From contig OY760142.1 in assembly GCA_963663225.1 (NCBI GenBank), positions 195,913 through 259,912 on the forward strand: a stretch of DNA of 64,000 bases. Reading direction: 5' to 3'. Position 1 is the first letter of the stretch, and every line of letters begins with the position of its first letter. The position numbers and the translations under genes were made by a program. Positions 30,444-41,113 of the stretch are shown here, one piece after another. The stretch is from Nitrospirota bacterium. Lineage in GTDB: Bacteria > Nitrospirota > UBA9217. The notes beneath the pieces were generated by a model. It ran no database searches, was not told where the DNA came from, and saw only the letters and a list, made by a program, of their open reading frames with translations.

Positions 30444-31305
30444 GGTTTGCAGTCCTTTTCTTCGTGGCCCGTATTGCTCGTATTTTGTCTCCATCTTTGA
30501 AATACTCGATATTCTGATAACCGCCGCTTTTTTCGATTACTCGGGTGACCAGGGTCTCCTGCCGTTCACCGATTTCAAAGAGCAGGACTCCGTCCGGCTT
30601 CAGCAACGGCTGCGCATCTGTGATCAGCCGGCGGTAGATGTTAATCCCGTATGGCCCGCCGTCAAGCGCGACGAGCGGCTCATGGTCAATAATTTCGGCA
30701 GACAGTTTGCTGAGTGAGCTTGTCGGTATATAAGGCGGATTACATACGATGCAGTCTATATTTTCTTCGTATTCCACTCCTGCATAAGGCGCGAACAGGT
30801 CTCCGACCGCGAGAGAAATCCTGTCCTCGAGCTTGAACTTTGCCACGTTCCGGCGGGCTATCTCCACCGCGGCAGAACTGATGTCACTGGCCAGAACCGA
30901 TACCTGTTGTGCCTGCAGGGCAATGGATACTGCGATGTTTCCGCAGCCGGTTCCTACTTCGATCAGCGTGAGGGTCTTGCCGGCAGATTCTTTTTTACAC
31001 AGCGATTCAAGAACTGCGTTCACTAATACTCTGGTTTCATCGGTCGGAATCAGCGTATCCGGAGTGCAGAAAAACATGCGTCCCATAAAATGCGCTTTAC
31101 CGAGAATATACTCCCAGGGCATTCCTTTTTTCCTTTTTTGAATCGCAAGTTCAAGATTGATCTGTTCCCCCTCCGCATGCGTTAAGGTCGCTCCCCGCAG
31201 CGCGCCGCTCGACAGCAGGTCAAAAAGGCGCAAAGTCTCGTAAAGAGAGTTTTCCGTGCCGGCTTGTTCAATCAAAGTATAACTGCGTAAAAAATCATGG
31301 AACAT
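30433..31305 (-). CDS. HemK/PrmC-family SAM-dependent methyltransferase (NPPY-type)
   Basis: 290 aa ORF; SAM-binding LIEVGTGCGNIAV and catalytic CNPPYIP motif. Confidence 0.7.
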   Translation of the reverse strand: MFHDFLRSYTLIEQAGTENSLYETLRLFDLLSSGALRGATLTHAEGEQINLELAIQKRKKGMPWEYILGKAHFMGRMFFCTPDTLIPTDETRVLVNAVLESLCKKESAGKTLTLIEVGTGCGNIAVSIALQAQQVSVLASDISSAAVEIARRNVAKFKLEDRISLAVGDLFAPYAGVEYEENIDCIVCNPPYIPTSSLSKLSAEIIDHEPLVALDGGPYGINIYRRLITDAQPLLKPDGVLLFEIGERQETLVTRVIEKSGGYQNIEYFKDGDKIRAIRATKKRTANHVI

Positions 31306-31319
31306 GAATAATAACCTCG

Positions 31320-32870
31320 TTATTCGTTTACGGCCATCAAGAGTGTTTTGCTGATTTTACCCGTTGTAGTCTTTGGAAGAGTTTCCAGAATTTCTACATA
31401 CTTGGGAACCATAAAGTTTTCGAGATGGTCCGCGCAATATTTCAAAATATCCTTTTCCGTCAGGCGCGCACCGTTCTCCAGCGCGACATACGCTTTAATT
31501 GCCTGGCCGAAAATTTCATCCGGAACACCAACGACTGCCGCCTCCACAATGCCGTCGAGCGCATACAGTACATTTTCCACTTCCTTCGGACTGACTTTTT
31601 CACCCTTGCATTTTATGATATCGTCTTTTCTTGCAACAAAATAAAAATATCCGTCCTCGTCCGTTCTGAAAAGATCACCGGTGTATAAGAGCCGCTCTCC
31701 TGGATACGTGCCCGGCTTCAGACGTTTTGCCGTTTCTTCGGGCAGATCCCAATATCCAAGCATTACATTGGAACCTCTCACCACCAATTCTCCCACCTCT
31801 CCGGGTGGCATCCGTCGGCCTTTTTCATCGACGATGAAAATTTCTTCATTCGGCATGCCTTTTCCCACGGAAGTGGGTTTTTTCTCAAGATCTGCCGGAG
31901 GCAGATAGGAAACCCGTTTGCATTCCGTCAAGCCGTACATCGAGTAGAGCTTTGCCTGGGGGAAAAGCTCACGCAATCTTTTTATATGGCTGACCGGCAG
32001 TGCCGCAGCGGTATTGGTAATGTACCGCAGAGTACTGAAGTCATATTTCTGAATATCTTTCATTTGCAGCAGAAGAGAAAAAATCGTCGGAACGCCGGGA
32101 AAACCCGTAACCTTTTCTTCAGTCATTACTTTAAGGACTTGAGCAGGGTAGGCAAAGGATTTTTCCAGCACGACGGTAGCGCCGACTCTGAATCCCATAA
32201 GAATCTGGTAAAGGCCGTAATCGAAGGTGAGCGGCAGCACATTGATAATGATATCCTGATCGGTATTGTCAAGATATGTCGTTATTGAATGCGCAGCCGA
32301 AACCATGTTCAGGTGAGAGAGCATGACCCCTTTCGGATTTCCCGTTGATCCAGAAGTATAAACGATGGAAGCCAGATCGAGATCAATGCATGTTTTTTTT
32401 ATGGAGCCGTTTATCGCATTGTTGCACGTAATTTTCTCAAAGGACAGAGGGGAGGACGCCAGACCGCTCCATATAACCGTTTGGAGATGGGGGGAAGTCG
32501 TGGACGCCACGACGTCCTTCCGGGCGTTCTGGGTAATCATTACCTTTGCCCTGCTGTTGTTCAGAATATACTCAAGTTTTCCGGACTTGGTCGTGTGATT
32601 GATCATCATGAATGCCGCGTTTGCCTTGAGTATTCCGAAAAGCGCAATGACTGCTTCGACCGAGTTGTCCATGAATACGGCGACCCGGTCGCCGCGCTCA
32701 ACTCCGGACGCCGCAAGAGCATGGGCAAGACGTTCTGAACGGGAATCTATATCAGCATACGTAAAACGCTTTCCCTGATAAATCAGCGCTGTTTTTTCCG
32801 GAAATTTTTGTGCGCTGGTTTCGAGAAAATGATTGACAAGTGTATGTCTGAACATGGCGGTGTCCATCAT
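31320..32870 (-). CDS. adenylate-forming enzyme (AMP-dependent synthetase/ligase), ligase 3
   Basis: 516 aa ORF; YTSGSTGNPKGV, YGLTE and YTGDL motifs. Confidence 0.8.
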   Translation of the reverse strand: MMDTAMFRHTLVNHFLETSAQKFPEKTALIYQGKRFTYADIDSRSERLAHALAASGVERGDRVAVFMDNSVEAVIALFGILKANAAFMMINHTTKSGKLEYILNNSRAKVMITQNARKDVVASTTSPHLQTVIWSGLASSPLSFEKITCNNAINGSIKKTCIDLDLASIVYTSGSTGNPKGVMLSHLNMVSAAHSITTYLDNTDQDIIINVLPLTFDYGLYQILMGFRVGATVVLEKSFAYPAQVLKVMTEEKVTGFPGVPTIFSLLLQMKDIQKYDFSTLRYITNTAAALPVSHIKRLRELFPQAKLYSMYGLTECKRVSYLPPADLEKKPTSVGKGMPNEEIFIVDEKGRRMPPGEVGELVVRGSNVMLGYWDLPEETAKRLKPGTYPGERLLYTGDLFRTDEDGYFYFVARKDDIIKCKGEKVSPKEVENVLYALDGIVEAAVVGVPDEIFGQAIKAYVALENGARLTEKDILKYCADHLENFMVPKYVEILETLPKTTTGKISKTLLMAVNE

Positions 32871-33142
32871 CAGGCGTTTTGGACCGCAACCGGTCCCGTA
32901 CTTGCTTTTTTGGCGACAAAATCGGCGAGCTTGCCGATGGAATCAAAGTTATCGGGTATTATTTCATCATCGGTTACGGCGAACCCGAATTTCTCTTCGA
33001 CAAAGGACACTAGTTCGAGCACGCCGGTTGAGTCGATAATGCCTTTTTCCAGAAAAGAGACCTCGTCGGTCAGTGTATGGTCATCCTGACCATATAAAAA
33101 GTTTTCTATGACAAAGGCTCTGATTACATCTTTCTGTTGCAT
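32870..33142 (-). CDS. acyl/peptidyl carrier protein (phosphopantetheine-binding), second copy
   Basis: Start at internal ATG (MQQKDVIRAF) with GGGGGAG RBS 7 nt upstream; carrier serine motif GIIDSTGVLELVSF. The longer ORF-track start at 33232 lacks this support. Confidence 0.7.
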   Translation of the reverse strand: MQQKDVIRAFVIENFLYGQDDHTLTDEVSFLEKGIIDSTGVLELVSFVEEKFGFAVTDDEIIPDNFDSIGKLADFVAKKASTGPVAVQNA

Positions 33143-33251
33143 AGTGGTGCTCCCCCTTTTGCTGGTTAATCGTATCTCTGTACACGTATATGTATATGTT
33201 AAAATGCCCGATAGAGCTGAGTTGATATGCATCCAGACGATCGCGGGATAA

Positions 33252-35192
33252 TCAACGAATGCTCCGTTTTTTTACCTGAAATTGTTTTATAAACTGGTCA
33301 TACAGCAGCATCGTAGAAACAATACCGACAATGGCCATATTGTCCTTGAATCCCAAAACAGGGCTTTGTCTGCATTTTTTTACCAGGGTGGACACTGACC
33401 TGGGGTTGAAAAAACCGACTTCCTGCAGTTGCTTTTCTGAAAGGATTTCCTCAATATAGTCGGGTGACTCCTTTGCAAAAAAGCTTTTCGCGTCAGGGGC
33501 CATATAGGGCTGCTTAGTTCTCTTCACCACCGCCGGAGGCAGTAAGTTCCTCATGCTTTTCTTGAGAATATACTTTTCCGTAAGGGCGCACATTCTGATT
33601 GTGGGGGGCAGTTTGCAGGAAAACTCCACAAGCCGGTGATCAAGAAACGGGAACCTTCCTTCTATCGAATGCGCCATGGCAACCCGGTCACCCTGCGATG
33701 AGAGCAGATAGCCAGAAAGCAAAGTCTTGATTTCCATGTACTGCGCCTGTGAAATGTCGTCAAATGCACTGAAATCATCCGACAATAAATCCGTCAAATC
33801 ATACAGATTGTTATACCCGCGCAGCGTGTCTTTCAGTGCATCGGAAAAGAATGATTTTATTTTCGCAGTCGTGTTCCAGCGCGGAACATGAGAAAAGTAT
33901 TGGGGAGGATATTTGTCCGCATCCGTGTTAAAGAATGCTTCCGCGTATTTGACTGACCGCACCGGAGAATGCGCGAGATATGGATACAGACGTTTTAGAA
34001 TCAGCTGCCTGAAACGGGAATCAGGATTTTTTTCCAAAAATCTTCGTACTTTGGTTTCCTTAAAAATATCATAACCGGCTAATATTTCATCCGATCCTTC
34101 CCCCGTCAAAACAACCTTATATCCGCTTTCCCTGACCAGTTTTGACAAAAGAAAAAGTGGCGCCGGTGCAGTGCGCACAATGGGCTTCTCCGTATGCCAG
34201 ACAACGTCCGGGAACACATTTCCGATATCGGCATAGGAACACTTGATATCGCTGTGGTCGGTCCCCAGATAGTCGATCATCTGCTTCTGATAGGAGCTTT
34301 CATCATAAACTTCATCGGCAAAGGTGACTGAAAATGTCCTTAAGGGCGTATCAGTGTATTTTTTTATAAGCGTCGTAATGACTGAAGAGTCTATTCCTCC
34401 GCTGAGGTATGCGCCCACCGGGACGTCAGCCCTCAGTTGGAGCCTTGTAGAGTCGATCAAAAGACTGCGCAATTCTTCGGCATACTGAGTTTCCGTTTTT
34501 GAACATGCATCGGGAGTAAAATCAGGATCCCAATACCGTTTCTGGACCAGTACACCGCGGGTAATGGTAATAGAATGTCCGGCGGGAAGTTCGAAAATAT
34601 CTTTGAAGGCAGTCCTTGGCGGAATGGTCATCCAGAAGGTGAATATCTGGTCCAGAGCGCACGGATCTATTTCCCTCTTTACGCGGGAATCGGCAAACAG
34701 GGATTTTATCTCCGATGCAAACAGCAGCGAATCTTCGATCCGGGTATAGAAAAGCGGACGAATACCCAGCCGGTCTCGCGCTATGAAGAAGACATCACCG
34801 GTTTTGTCCCAGATGGCAAATGCAAACTGGCCGTTCAGATAACCAAGGCATTCCGTACCGTATTCTTCATAAAGATGTACAATTACCTCGGTATCGGATT
34901 TTGTATAAAAAACGTGGCCTTTCTTCTGGAGAAATTCCCGCAGTTCGATGTAATTGAATATTTCACCGTTGAAAATGATTGCAATGGTTCTGTCTTCATT
35001 GTAAATCGGCTGGTTTCCACCCGCAAGGTCGATAATACTCAACCTGGCGTGCGCCAGTCCCGCCCGCAGATCACGATGGAATCCGTATCCATCCGGACCG
35101 CGATGCTGCACCATCTCAATCATGTCCTTCAGGACATCCAGGGATATTTCCCTGTCGCGATGGAGGTTAAAAATGCCTGCTATGCCGCACAT
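33252..35192 (-). CDS. asparagine synthase (glutamine-hydrolysing)-family amidotransferase
   Basis: 646 aa ORF; N-terminal nucleophile MCGIAGIF; synthetase-domain PP-loop SGGIDSS. Confidence 0.85.
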   Translation of the reverse strand: MCGIAGIFNLHRDREISLDVLKDMIEMVQHRGPDGYGFHRDLRAGLAHARLSIIDLAGGNQPIYNEDRTIAIIFNGEIFNYIELREFLQKKGHVFYTKSDTEVIVHLYEEYGTECLGYLNGQFAFAIWDKTGDVFFIARDRLGIRPLFYTRIEDSLLFASEIKSLFADSRVKREIDPCALDQIFTFWMTIPPRTAFKDIFELPAGHSITITRGVLVQKRYWDPDFTPDACSKTETQYAEELRSLLIDSTRLQLRADVPVGAYLSGGIDSSVITTLIKKYTDTPLRTFSVTFADEVYDESSYQKQMIDYLGTDHSDIKCSYADIGNVFPDVVWHTEKPIVRTAPAPLFLLSKLVRESGYKVVLTGEGSDEILAGYDIFKETKVRRFLEKNPDSRFRQLILKRLYPYLAHSPVRSVKYAEAFFNTDADKYPPQYFSHVPRWNTTAKIKSFFSDALKDTLRGYNNLYDLTDLLSDDFSAFDDISQAQYMEIKTLLSGYLLSSQGDRVAMAHSIEGRFPFLDHRLVEFSCKLPPTIRMCALTEKYILKKSMRNLLPPAVVKRTKQPYMAPDAKSFFAKESPDYIEEILSEKQLQEVGFFNPRSVSTLVKKCRQSPVLGFKDNMAIVGIVSTMLLYDQFIKQFQVKKRSIR

Positions 35193-36145
35193 CGCTTCCC
35201 TGAATGGTCGCGGTACCAGTTGATTGTTTCAACAAGACCGCGGTTGATGGGATATTGGGGGTTATATGCAAGTTGTTTGCGCGCGAGATCCACATCAGCG
35301 AGGGAATCCCTTACATCACCGGAACGTTTCGGACGGTAGATGATTTCCGAGCTTGACGATGTCTCCTTCTGAATCAATTGAGCAAGATCAAGGACGGTTA
35401 TCCGCTGACCATATGCGATGTTAAAAACTCTGCCCGGTATCTGGTCAATGGTCAAAGCGTTCAAATTTGCGGAAACGACATCATCGATATAGCTGAAGTC
35501 CCGCGTTTGCAGGCCGTCGCCTTCTATCGGAAGAGGTTCGTTCTGGAGCGCTTTTGTAATAAATTTCGGGATAACCGCCGCATAGTCTGAGGCAGGGTTT
35601 TGTCTGCGGCCATACACGTTAAAATATCTCAGGCCGATAATCTGCATGCCGTAAAGATTGGAAAAAACCGAGGCGAGCATCTCCTTCGAAGCTTTAGAAA
35701 CAGCATACGGCGACTTCGGGTTGAGCGGCATGCTCTCACGCTTCGGTAATTCCGGCGTATCACCGTAGACGGAGGAAGAACTGGCGAACACTATCCGTTT
35801 GCAGCCGTACTCCGCAGCGATATGAAACAGATTTGTCGTACCGGTGATATTTACATCAATGGTCTTTATCGGATCTTTGACGCTTTTGGAGACGCTCGGT
35901 ACCGCCGCCTGATGGGATATCAGCGAAATATTTTCGGACTTTATTATGGATCTCAACAGTCCGCCGTCAAGAATGCTTCCATGAATAAATTTCATATTGT
36001 CGCTTTCCTGTATATCGAGGACATTCTCCATTTTCCCCGTGCTCAAATCATCCAGGACAACGACACGGTATCCGCGCAACAGCAATGCCTCGGCTATGTT
36101 GCTCCCGATAAATCCTGCTCCGCCCGTTACTAATACTGACTCCAT
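35180..36145 (-). CDS. NAD-dependent epimerase/dehydratase (extended SDR; UDP-sugar 4-epimerase-like, WbpP/TviC type)
   Basis: 321 aa ORF; Rossmann motif VTGGAGFIGSNI and catalytic YxxxK (PYAVSKASK). Confidence 0.8.
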   Translation of the reverse strand: MESVLVTGGAGFIGSNIAEALLLRGYRVVVLDDLSTGKMENVLDIQESDNMKFIHGSILDGGLLRSIIKSENISLISHQAAVPSVSKSVKDPIKTIDVNITGTTNLFHIAAEYGCKRIVFASSSSVYGDTPELPKRESMPLNPKSPYAVSKASKEMLASVFSNLYGMQIIGLRYFNVYGRRQNPASDYAAVIPKFITKALQNEPLPIEGDGLQTRDFSYIDDVVSANLNALTIDQIPGRVFNIAYGQRITVLDLAQLIQKETSSSSEIIYRPKRSGDVRDSLADVDLARKQLAYNPQYPINRGLVETINWYRDHSGKRCAA

Positions 36146-36174
36146 AATTCCTCCTTGGAATAAAACAATGCTTC

Positions 36175-37485
36175 TTAAAATATCTGTCTGAATTCGAGAA
36201 TGAACCGATTGTTCGAGTAATTGTTCGCCATAATGTCATACGAATGGCTGTTTGCAAACCGATATTCAAAAGACAGGGTCGCCTTCTCAGATAATTGTTG
36301 GTCAAGTCGAAGTGTTGAAAGAACGATTTTCGTTACGCCGCCGGTAGCGGTTGTATCGTTTACATCCTGATAGCCGGCCCCCAGTGTACCGGTTGTAAGT
36401 GTAGCAAAACGGTATAGTGCCGACCCCTGTACTTGCTGGGTTCTGGACAACCGCTGATTCGACAGAGCGTCACGATATTCATTCCATCCTCCTGAAAGGG
36501 TGACAACGGCCCTCGGCCAGGTATTTGAAATGCTGGCAGTATACTGGTCATCCAGCGTAACAAGACGCACCGGATCCTGAACAACATACCTGCGCGCACC
36601 CAAAGCGAATGTCAGGGTTGATATCCGATGGTTCAGACCTCCGTCCCAGAACCAGTAATCCTTTCTTGGATGATTTTGGTTGGGGTCCGCTTTCGGCTCA
36701 AAATCGAACCAGGTTTTGCCGCCCCGGGCGAAAATATAGGCATTTTCTGCGTACGCATACTGTGGTCCGGCGTATACGTCAACCTGGGTATAATTTGAAA
36801 TGTGGTTGAAATCATGCGTATATCGCGCTCCTGCGGTAAATGTCATGCGTGAAGAAAGATTGATCCCCAGGTCGCCGTATGCAATATGTTCCAGGTGGTT
36901 GACGGTTTCAGCCTGGCTTGCGACGCTGCCGTTGAGGTAGCGAACATCCTGGAAAATGTATCCGAATACAGTCCGCGAGTTCGTAGAGGGTCGGAGAATG
37001 AGATACGGATTAACCGCAAATATGTTTTGATCAACCTGGTTGGCGGTGGGACTCTGCTGCGTGTAATCGATGCTGACGTTTTGAGATACCCTGCTGTAGT
37101 CGTCCCGCACTTCAACATACAGATAGTCCTGAATAAGTTCAGTCCGGTTTCTCAGAAAAAGCAGATGAGAATAGTCGTTCTGGATACGGTGCCGGGTATA
37201 ATAGTAATAGCTGTACGTATAGTTCAGGTCCCAGTCCCAGAAGGAAGTTGTATATTTTAATCGAATTGACGGGGATAGTCTGGTGATAAAGGACTCGATT
37301 TTATTTTCATCGCGTTGCAGAAAAACGTTGTCATTATACTCTTCACTCACCATAATAGAAGGCTCAATCCTGAACACGGCGCCTTCTGTTTCCAGCGCAA
37401 AGCAGGTAAGCATAAAAACAATGGCCGCAGCAACAAGTCCTGATATTCGCAAGGAAGCCCCCCTTCGGGAAAGTATATGGATCAT
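36175..37485 (-). CDS. outer-membrane beta-barrel protein (PEP-CTERM/EPS-locus-associated type)
   Basis: 436 aa ORF; N-terminal signal peptide; alternating-hydrophobic, Tyr/Asn-rich body; C-terminal residues FRQIF ending in Phe, as in OM beta-barrels. Confidence 0.65.
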   Translation of the reverse strand: MIHILSRRGASLRISGLVAAAIVFMLTCFALETEGAVFRIEPSIMVSEEYNDNVFLQRDENKIESFITRLSPSIRLKYTTSFWDWDLNYTYSYYYYTRHRIQNDYSHLLFLRNRTELIQDYLYVEVRDDYSRVSQNVSIDYTQQSPTANQVDQNIFAVNPYLILRPSTNSRTVFGYIFQDVRYLNGSVASQAETVNHLEHIAYGDLGINLSSRMTFTAGARYTHDFNHISNYTQVDVYAGPQYAYAENAYIFARGGKTWFDFEPKADPNQNHPRKDYWFWDGGLNHRISTLTFALGARRYVVQDPVRLVTLDDQYTASISNTWPRAVVTLSGGWNEYRDALSNQRLSRTQQVQGSALYRFATLTTGTLGAGYQDVNDTTATGGVTKIVLSTLRLDQQLSEKATLSFEYRFANSHSYDIMANNYSNNRFILEFRQIF

Positions 37486-38432
37486 TTTTTTCCTGTCCTA
37501 TTCAAAATAGTATCCAGCCAGGTCTTAATCTTTTGAATTGCCGTATTAATCGTTTTTTCCGTCTGATCCATCAGTTTAGCAGCTTTGAGCGCTCCGGCCT
37601 GTTCCACTGCCGAAGAGCGGTCATAGTACGGCATCCCCTGCGATGAAAGATAGTGTGGAACATTATTGAAGACTGTCCCGAATACATGGGTGTCATTCAG
37701 GAGTGCCAGCGCCTGCCCTGCTGATTTCACCGGCGTCCGGCCGGCTTGAACCACGAAAATAGCTCCATCTATGTACTCCTTTAAATACAGGGCTTCAGCG
37801 GTGGTCAGAAGCGGAGAAGAGTCAAAGATAATATACCGGTCACGGTATCGGTATTTCATTTCCCGCACAAGGTCTTTCATTTTTTCGGATGCGAGAAGCT
37901 CGGACGGATTGCTCGGCGGATTGCCGGCAGGCAGCAATACCAGTTTGCCGATTCCCGTTTTGATAAGGATATCGGAAAGCTGCACCTTTGCCTGCAGATA
38001 ATCGCTCAGACCGTACTGCGGGGTTATGCCGAGATAGGTATGAATCGACGGCTGGCGAAGGTCCGTATCGATCAGGAGGACGGTATGATCGATTTCCTGC
38101 GCCATCGTAATAGCCAGATTGATCGCGGTGACTGTTTTCCCTTCTCCCGCAAGTGCGCTGGTAACAAGGAGACTGTTCAGAAAATCTTTTTCCGTGCTTT
38201 TAAAAATTCTTGCCCGCAGCTTTTTGTATTCCTCCGCGGAAGGGGCGGTCGGATCGGTTATGCAAACGATATGTTTATTAACGGCAGTGGGGTCGATTAT
38301 GGATTCTCCCACCTCGAAAACCGGCGTCGAGCTCTGCCGCTCTCGTGCCACACTTATCGTCGATGATGATTCTCTTCCGCCCTGCCTCAACTGCGCAGCT
38401 TTTTCCAATGCTTTCTCTATTCTGCTCATCAC
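37482..38432 (-). CDS. BY-kinase catalytic protein (Wzc C-terminal-domain-like tyrosine autokinase, CpsD type)
   Basis: 316 aa ORF; Walker A SALAGEGKTV, Walker A' VLLIDTDLRQP, Walker B YIIFDSSP; Tyr pair near the C-terminus (PYYDRSS). Confidence 0.8.
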   Translation of the reverse strand: MMSRIEKALEKAAQLRQGGRESSSTISVARERQSSTPVFEVGESIIDPTAVNKHIVCITDPTAPSAEEYKKLRARIFKSTEKDFLNSLLVTSALAGEGKTVTAINLAITMAQEIDHTVLLIDTDLRQPSIHTYLGITPQYGLSDYLQAKVQLSDILIKTGIGKLVLLPAGNPPSNPSELLASEKMKDLVREMKYRYRDRYIIFDSSPLLTTAEALYLKEYIDGAIFVVQAGRTPVKSAGQALALLNDTHVFGTVFNNVPHYLSSQGMPYYDRSSAVEQAGALKAAKLMDQTEKTINTAIQKIKTWLDTILNRTGKK

Positions 38433-38449
38433 AGGTCTCCCGTGTATGG

Positions 38450-40012
38450 TTATAGGATCCGTACTCCTAAGATCTGACTAATAACTTCCTCAAGCAAAAC
38501 CAAACCGACAATGCCGAGATAGATGGCAGCGGCTTTATAATATTTTCTGTCGAGCAGCCGCGATGCCGCCCGGTCCTCTTCCGTTTCAATTTGCGGCACA
38601 GTCGCCAAAAGGGGAAGCTTGAGGCCGTTTTCAAGCAAATCTTCATTTTTAAAGGTTGGATCTAAATAATCGAGCGCAACCACCGAAGCAATACCCGCGA
38701 TTATTCCCAAAAACAGTCCAACCAGGATCATTTTTACCCTATTCGGGAAAATTGGTAGATGCGGTTCGACAGGCGGATCCATAATCTTGAAGGTAGAATT
38801 TTGCCCCAGTTCCAGATCTCTTGATACCCTCGCGCTTTCCAACTTGATCAAAAGATCGTCATAAATTCTCTGATAAACAGCTCGATTGCGTTGCAGTTTC
38901 GTCCATTCCTCCTGCTCTTTCGGCATCTTTCTGAGAAGTGACTGCCCCTCCTGCTGCTGTTTCGTCAGTTCTCCCTGGCGCGCGCGCAGTGTCTCAATTT
39001 CCGTCTCGGTCCTGGCCAACTCTTCCCGCAACTGCTGGTAAACCGGATTGACAGCCGCAGTCTCTGTTCCGGCACCTTCATGTCGCTGTGTAGAAGCCAT
39101 TGCAATCTGTTTTTTCAACTCCTCAATTTCATTCTTAACTTTTATTACTTCCGGATAATCCTCGGTATATTTCGTCGTCAAGAGGATGAGTTGATTGTTC
39201 AACTGGCTTAACCGTGCCTGCGGTGATCCTTCTCGGGTAACAAAGGCAACGGTCAGCTCTTTTTCACCCGAAAGCTGTTTTTTGAGGCTTTCCCGTTTCT
39301 TTTCCAGTTCACGAAGTTTGATTTCCGCATCGATTTTTCCGGATTGGAAGGTTTCGATTCTGCTGACTACCGTATTTTCGCTCTGCGGCACCAGCGTCGG
39401 ATGCTGCTCCCTGAACTCCCGTATAAGCTTATCGGAGGCATCAAGTTTCTCCCGGTATTCATTCAATTCTTTTTCGATAAAACTGAATGCTCCGTAAACA
39501 TCCTGCGTCCGGGAGCTTTCGTTTATCGCTATGCATTCGCTGATGTGGGTATTCACCAGGCTGGTCACTTTTTTCGGATCACCGCCGCGATACGCAATTG
39601 AAAAATAGAGGTCAGATGCTGTAGCTCCACCGCTCCGGACGGTAACCGTAAGGCTTTTTCGCATTCCTTCAATCAGGCTTTCGTATTGAGTCGGATTGCT
39701 GATTTTGTCGTCGAGATTGAGCTTTTTAATGACGCGTTCAATAAGGCTTCTGCTGGTTAAAATATTTCTCAGGTTTCTCAGCCGCTCTTCCAGGCTTACC
39801 GTGACACCCACGCCCTGCATCAGGGGGTTGATCAGAGATGTGCCCTGGATGTACACCGTGGCGTTTGCTTCGTATGTCTTGGGCATAAGGAAACCGCCCC
39901 AGGTAAAGACGGATATCACGATAAGCGCCACAGCAATCGCCAGATATCTTCTTTTGTACAGGATGCCGAGATAATACTTAAAATCAATTTTAAAGGCGCC
40001 GTTTTCTTCCAT
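38450..40012 (-). CDS. polysaccharide co-polymerase / chain-length determinant protein (Wzz/GumC-like)
   Basis: 520 aa ORF; TM helix near the N-terminus, long charged coiled-coil periplasmic region, C-terminal TM helix. Confidence 0.75.
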   Translation of the reverse strand: MEENGAFKIDFKYYLGILYKRRYLAIAVALIVISVFTWGGFLMPKTYEANATVYIQGTSLINPLMQGVGVTVSLEERLRNLRNILTSRSLIERVIKKLNLDDKISNPTQYESLIEGMRKSLTVTVRSGGATASDLYFSIAYRGGDPKKVTSLVNTHISECIAINESSRTQDVYGAFSFIEKELNEYREKLDASDKLIREFREQHPTLVPQSENTVVSRIETFQSGKIDAEIKLRELEKKRESLKKQLSGEKELTVAFVTREGSPQARLSQLNNQLILLTTKYTEDYPEVIKVKNEIEELKKQIAMASTQRHEGAGTETAAVNPVYQQLREELARTETEIETLRARQGELTKQQQEGQSLLRKMPKEQEEWTKLQRNRAVYQRIYDDLLIKLESARVSRDLELGQNSTFKIMDPPVEPHLPIFPNRVKMILVGLFLGIIAGIASVVALDYLDPTFKNEDLLENGLKLPLLATVPQIETEEDRAASRLLDRKYYKAAAIYLGIVGLVLLEEVISQILGVRIL

Positions 40013-40021
40013 GCAACCCTC

Positions 40022-40918
40022 CTAAAACCAGCTTGTCTTGACCGTAACCACATCACCAGGCCGTAAGGTGAAATTTTTGCCTATGTCTCCGTTCATGACA
40101 TCTTTTATTTTTACTTTATGATTCTGAACCGCATCGCCTTCCTTTCGGGAGACAAGAACGTTGTTTTTGCTTGCGAACTCGGTAAAACCTCCCGCAGCCA
40201 GTATAGCGTCAAGAGCCGTCATGCCTTCGCTATAAGGGATAATGCCCGGCGTCCTGACCGCACCGGTCACTCGAATGCGGTTGCTGAACCCTCCTGGGAG
40301 ATAAATGATATCATTCGGTTCAAGCTTTACATCCTGGGAGTAATCGCCTTTTCCCACCAGTTGCTCAAAACTGACGGCAACTTTTTTCCCGGCTCTCAGC
40401 AAATAGGCATTGGGTAAATCAATGTTGCTGACTGATCCCAACTGTGCAAGAAGCTGCAGCAGCGTTGTATTTCTTCTGAGTGTAATCTGTCCGGAAGCTG
40501 CTCCACCGGCTCCGGCAGCGGCGCTGGCTGTTTGTCCGGCTGTGTCTGACAGCAACGCATTTGATCGGGAGACGCCGTCTCCGAAAACATACACTTTAAA
40601 ACTATTAATTGCCGTCACCGTGATGCTGACGACCGGCGCTTTTACATACCGCAGGAGCTCTTTTTCAATGACTTTTTTCAATTCAAGGGGGGTTTTGCCT
40701 TCCGCCTTGATGTCGCCGACAAGAGGCATTGAGACCATTCCATCCGGTCTTACCGGAACATGAACACTCAATTCATTGTTTCCCCATACTGATATCTGCA
40801 GCATGTCTTCCGCACCGATGACGTATCCTTCCGCATGAGCTGTTTTCATGTTCAGAGACAGCAGCGTCATTAAAAAAACCGATAAAACGGCCAAGACCAT
40901 CTTGTACGTTGATCTCAT
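40022..40918 (-). CDS. polysaccharide export protein (Wza-like)
   Basis: Start at internal ATG (MRSTYKMVLAVL) preceded by GGGGGG RBS; signal peptide; Poly_export-like region PVRPDGMVSMPLVGDIKAEGKTPLEL. Confidence 0.75.
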   Translation of the reverse strand: MRSTYKMVLAVLSVFLMTLLSLNMKTAHAEGYVIGAEDMLQISVWGNNELSVHVPVRPDGMVSMPLVGDIKAEGKTPLELKKVIEKELLRYVKAPVVSITVTAINSFKVYVFGDGVSRSNALLSDTAGQTASAAAGAGGAASGQITLRRNTTLLQLLAQLGSVSNIDLPNAYLLRAGKKVAVSFEQLVGKGDYSQDVKLEPNDIIYLPGGFSNRIRVTGAVRTPGIIPYSEGMTALDAILAAGGFTEFASKNNVLVSRKEGDAVQNHKVKIKDVMNGDIGKNFTLRPGDVVTVKTSWF

Positions 40919-41113
40919 AATTTCCCCCCGCAATTTTTTCGCAGAATAGCACCGCATTTTTGCAATGCTCCGCCCTCTCAGTCACAGACACGTGCCGGAG
41001 GGATAAAAAACCATTGTTTACATCCACTTCTTGCACAGCATCAGCTCCAAAAAACATTGTTCCGTGTTTGGTCGCTGATTTTTACGATCGAACGGCGAGC
41101 ATTCAATTGTTTG

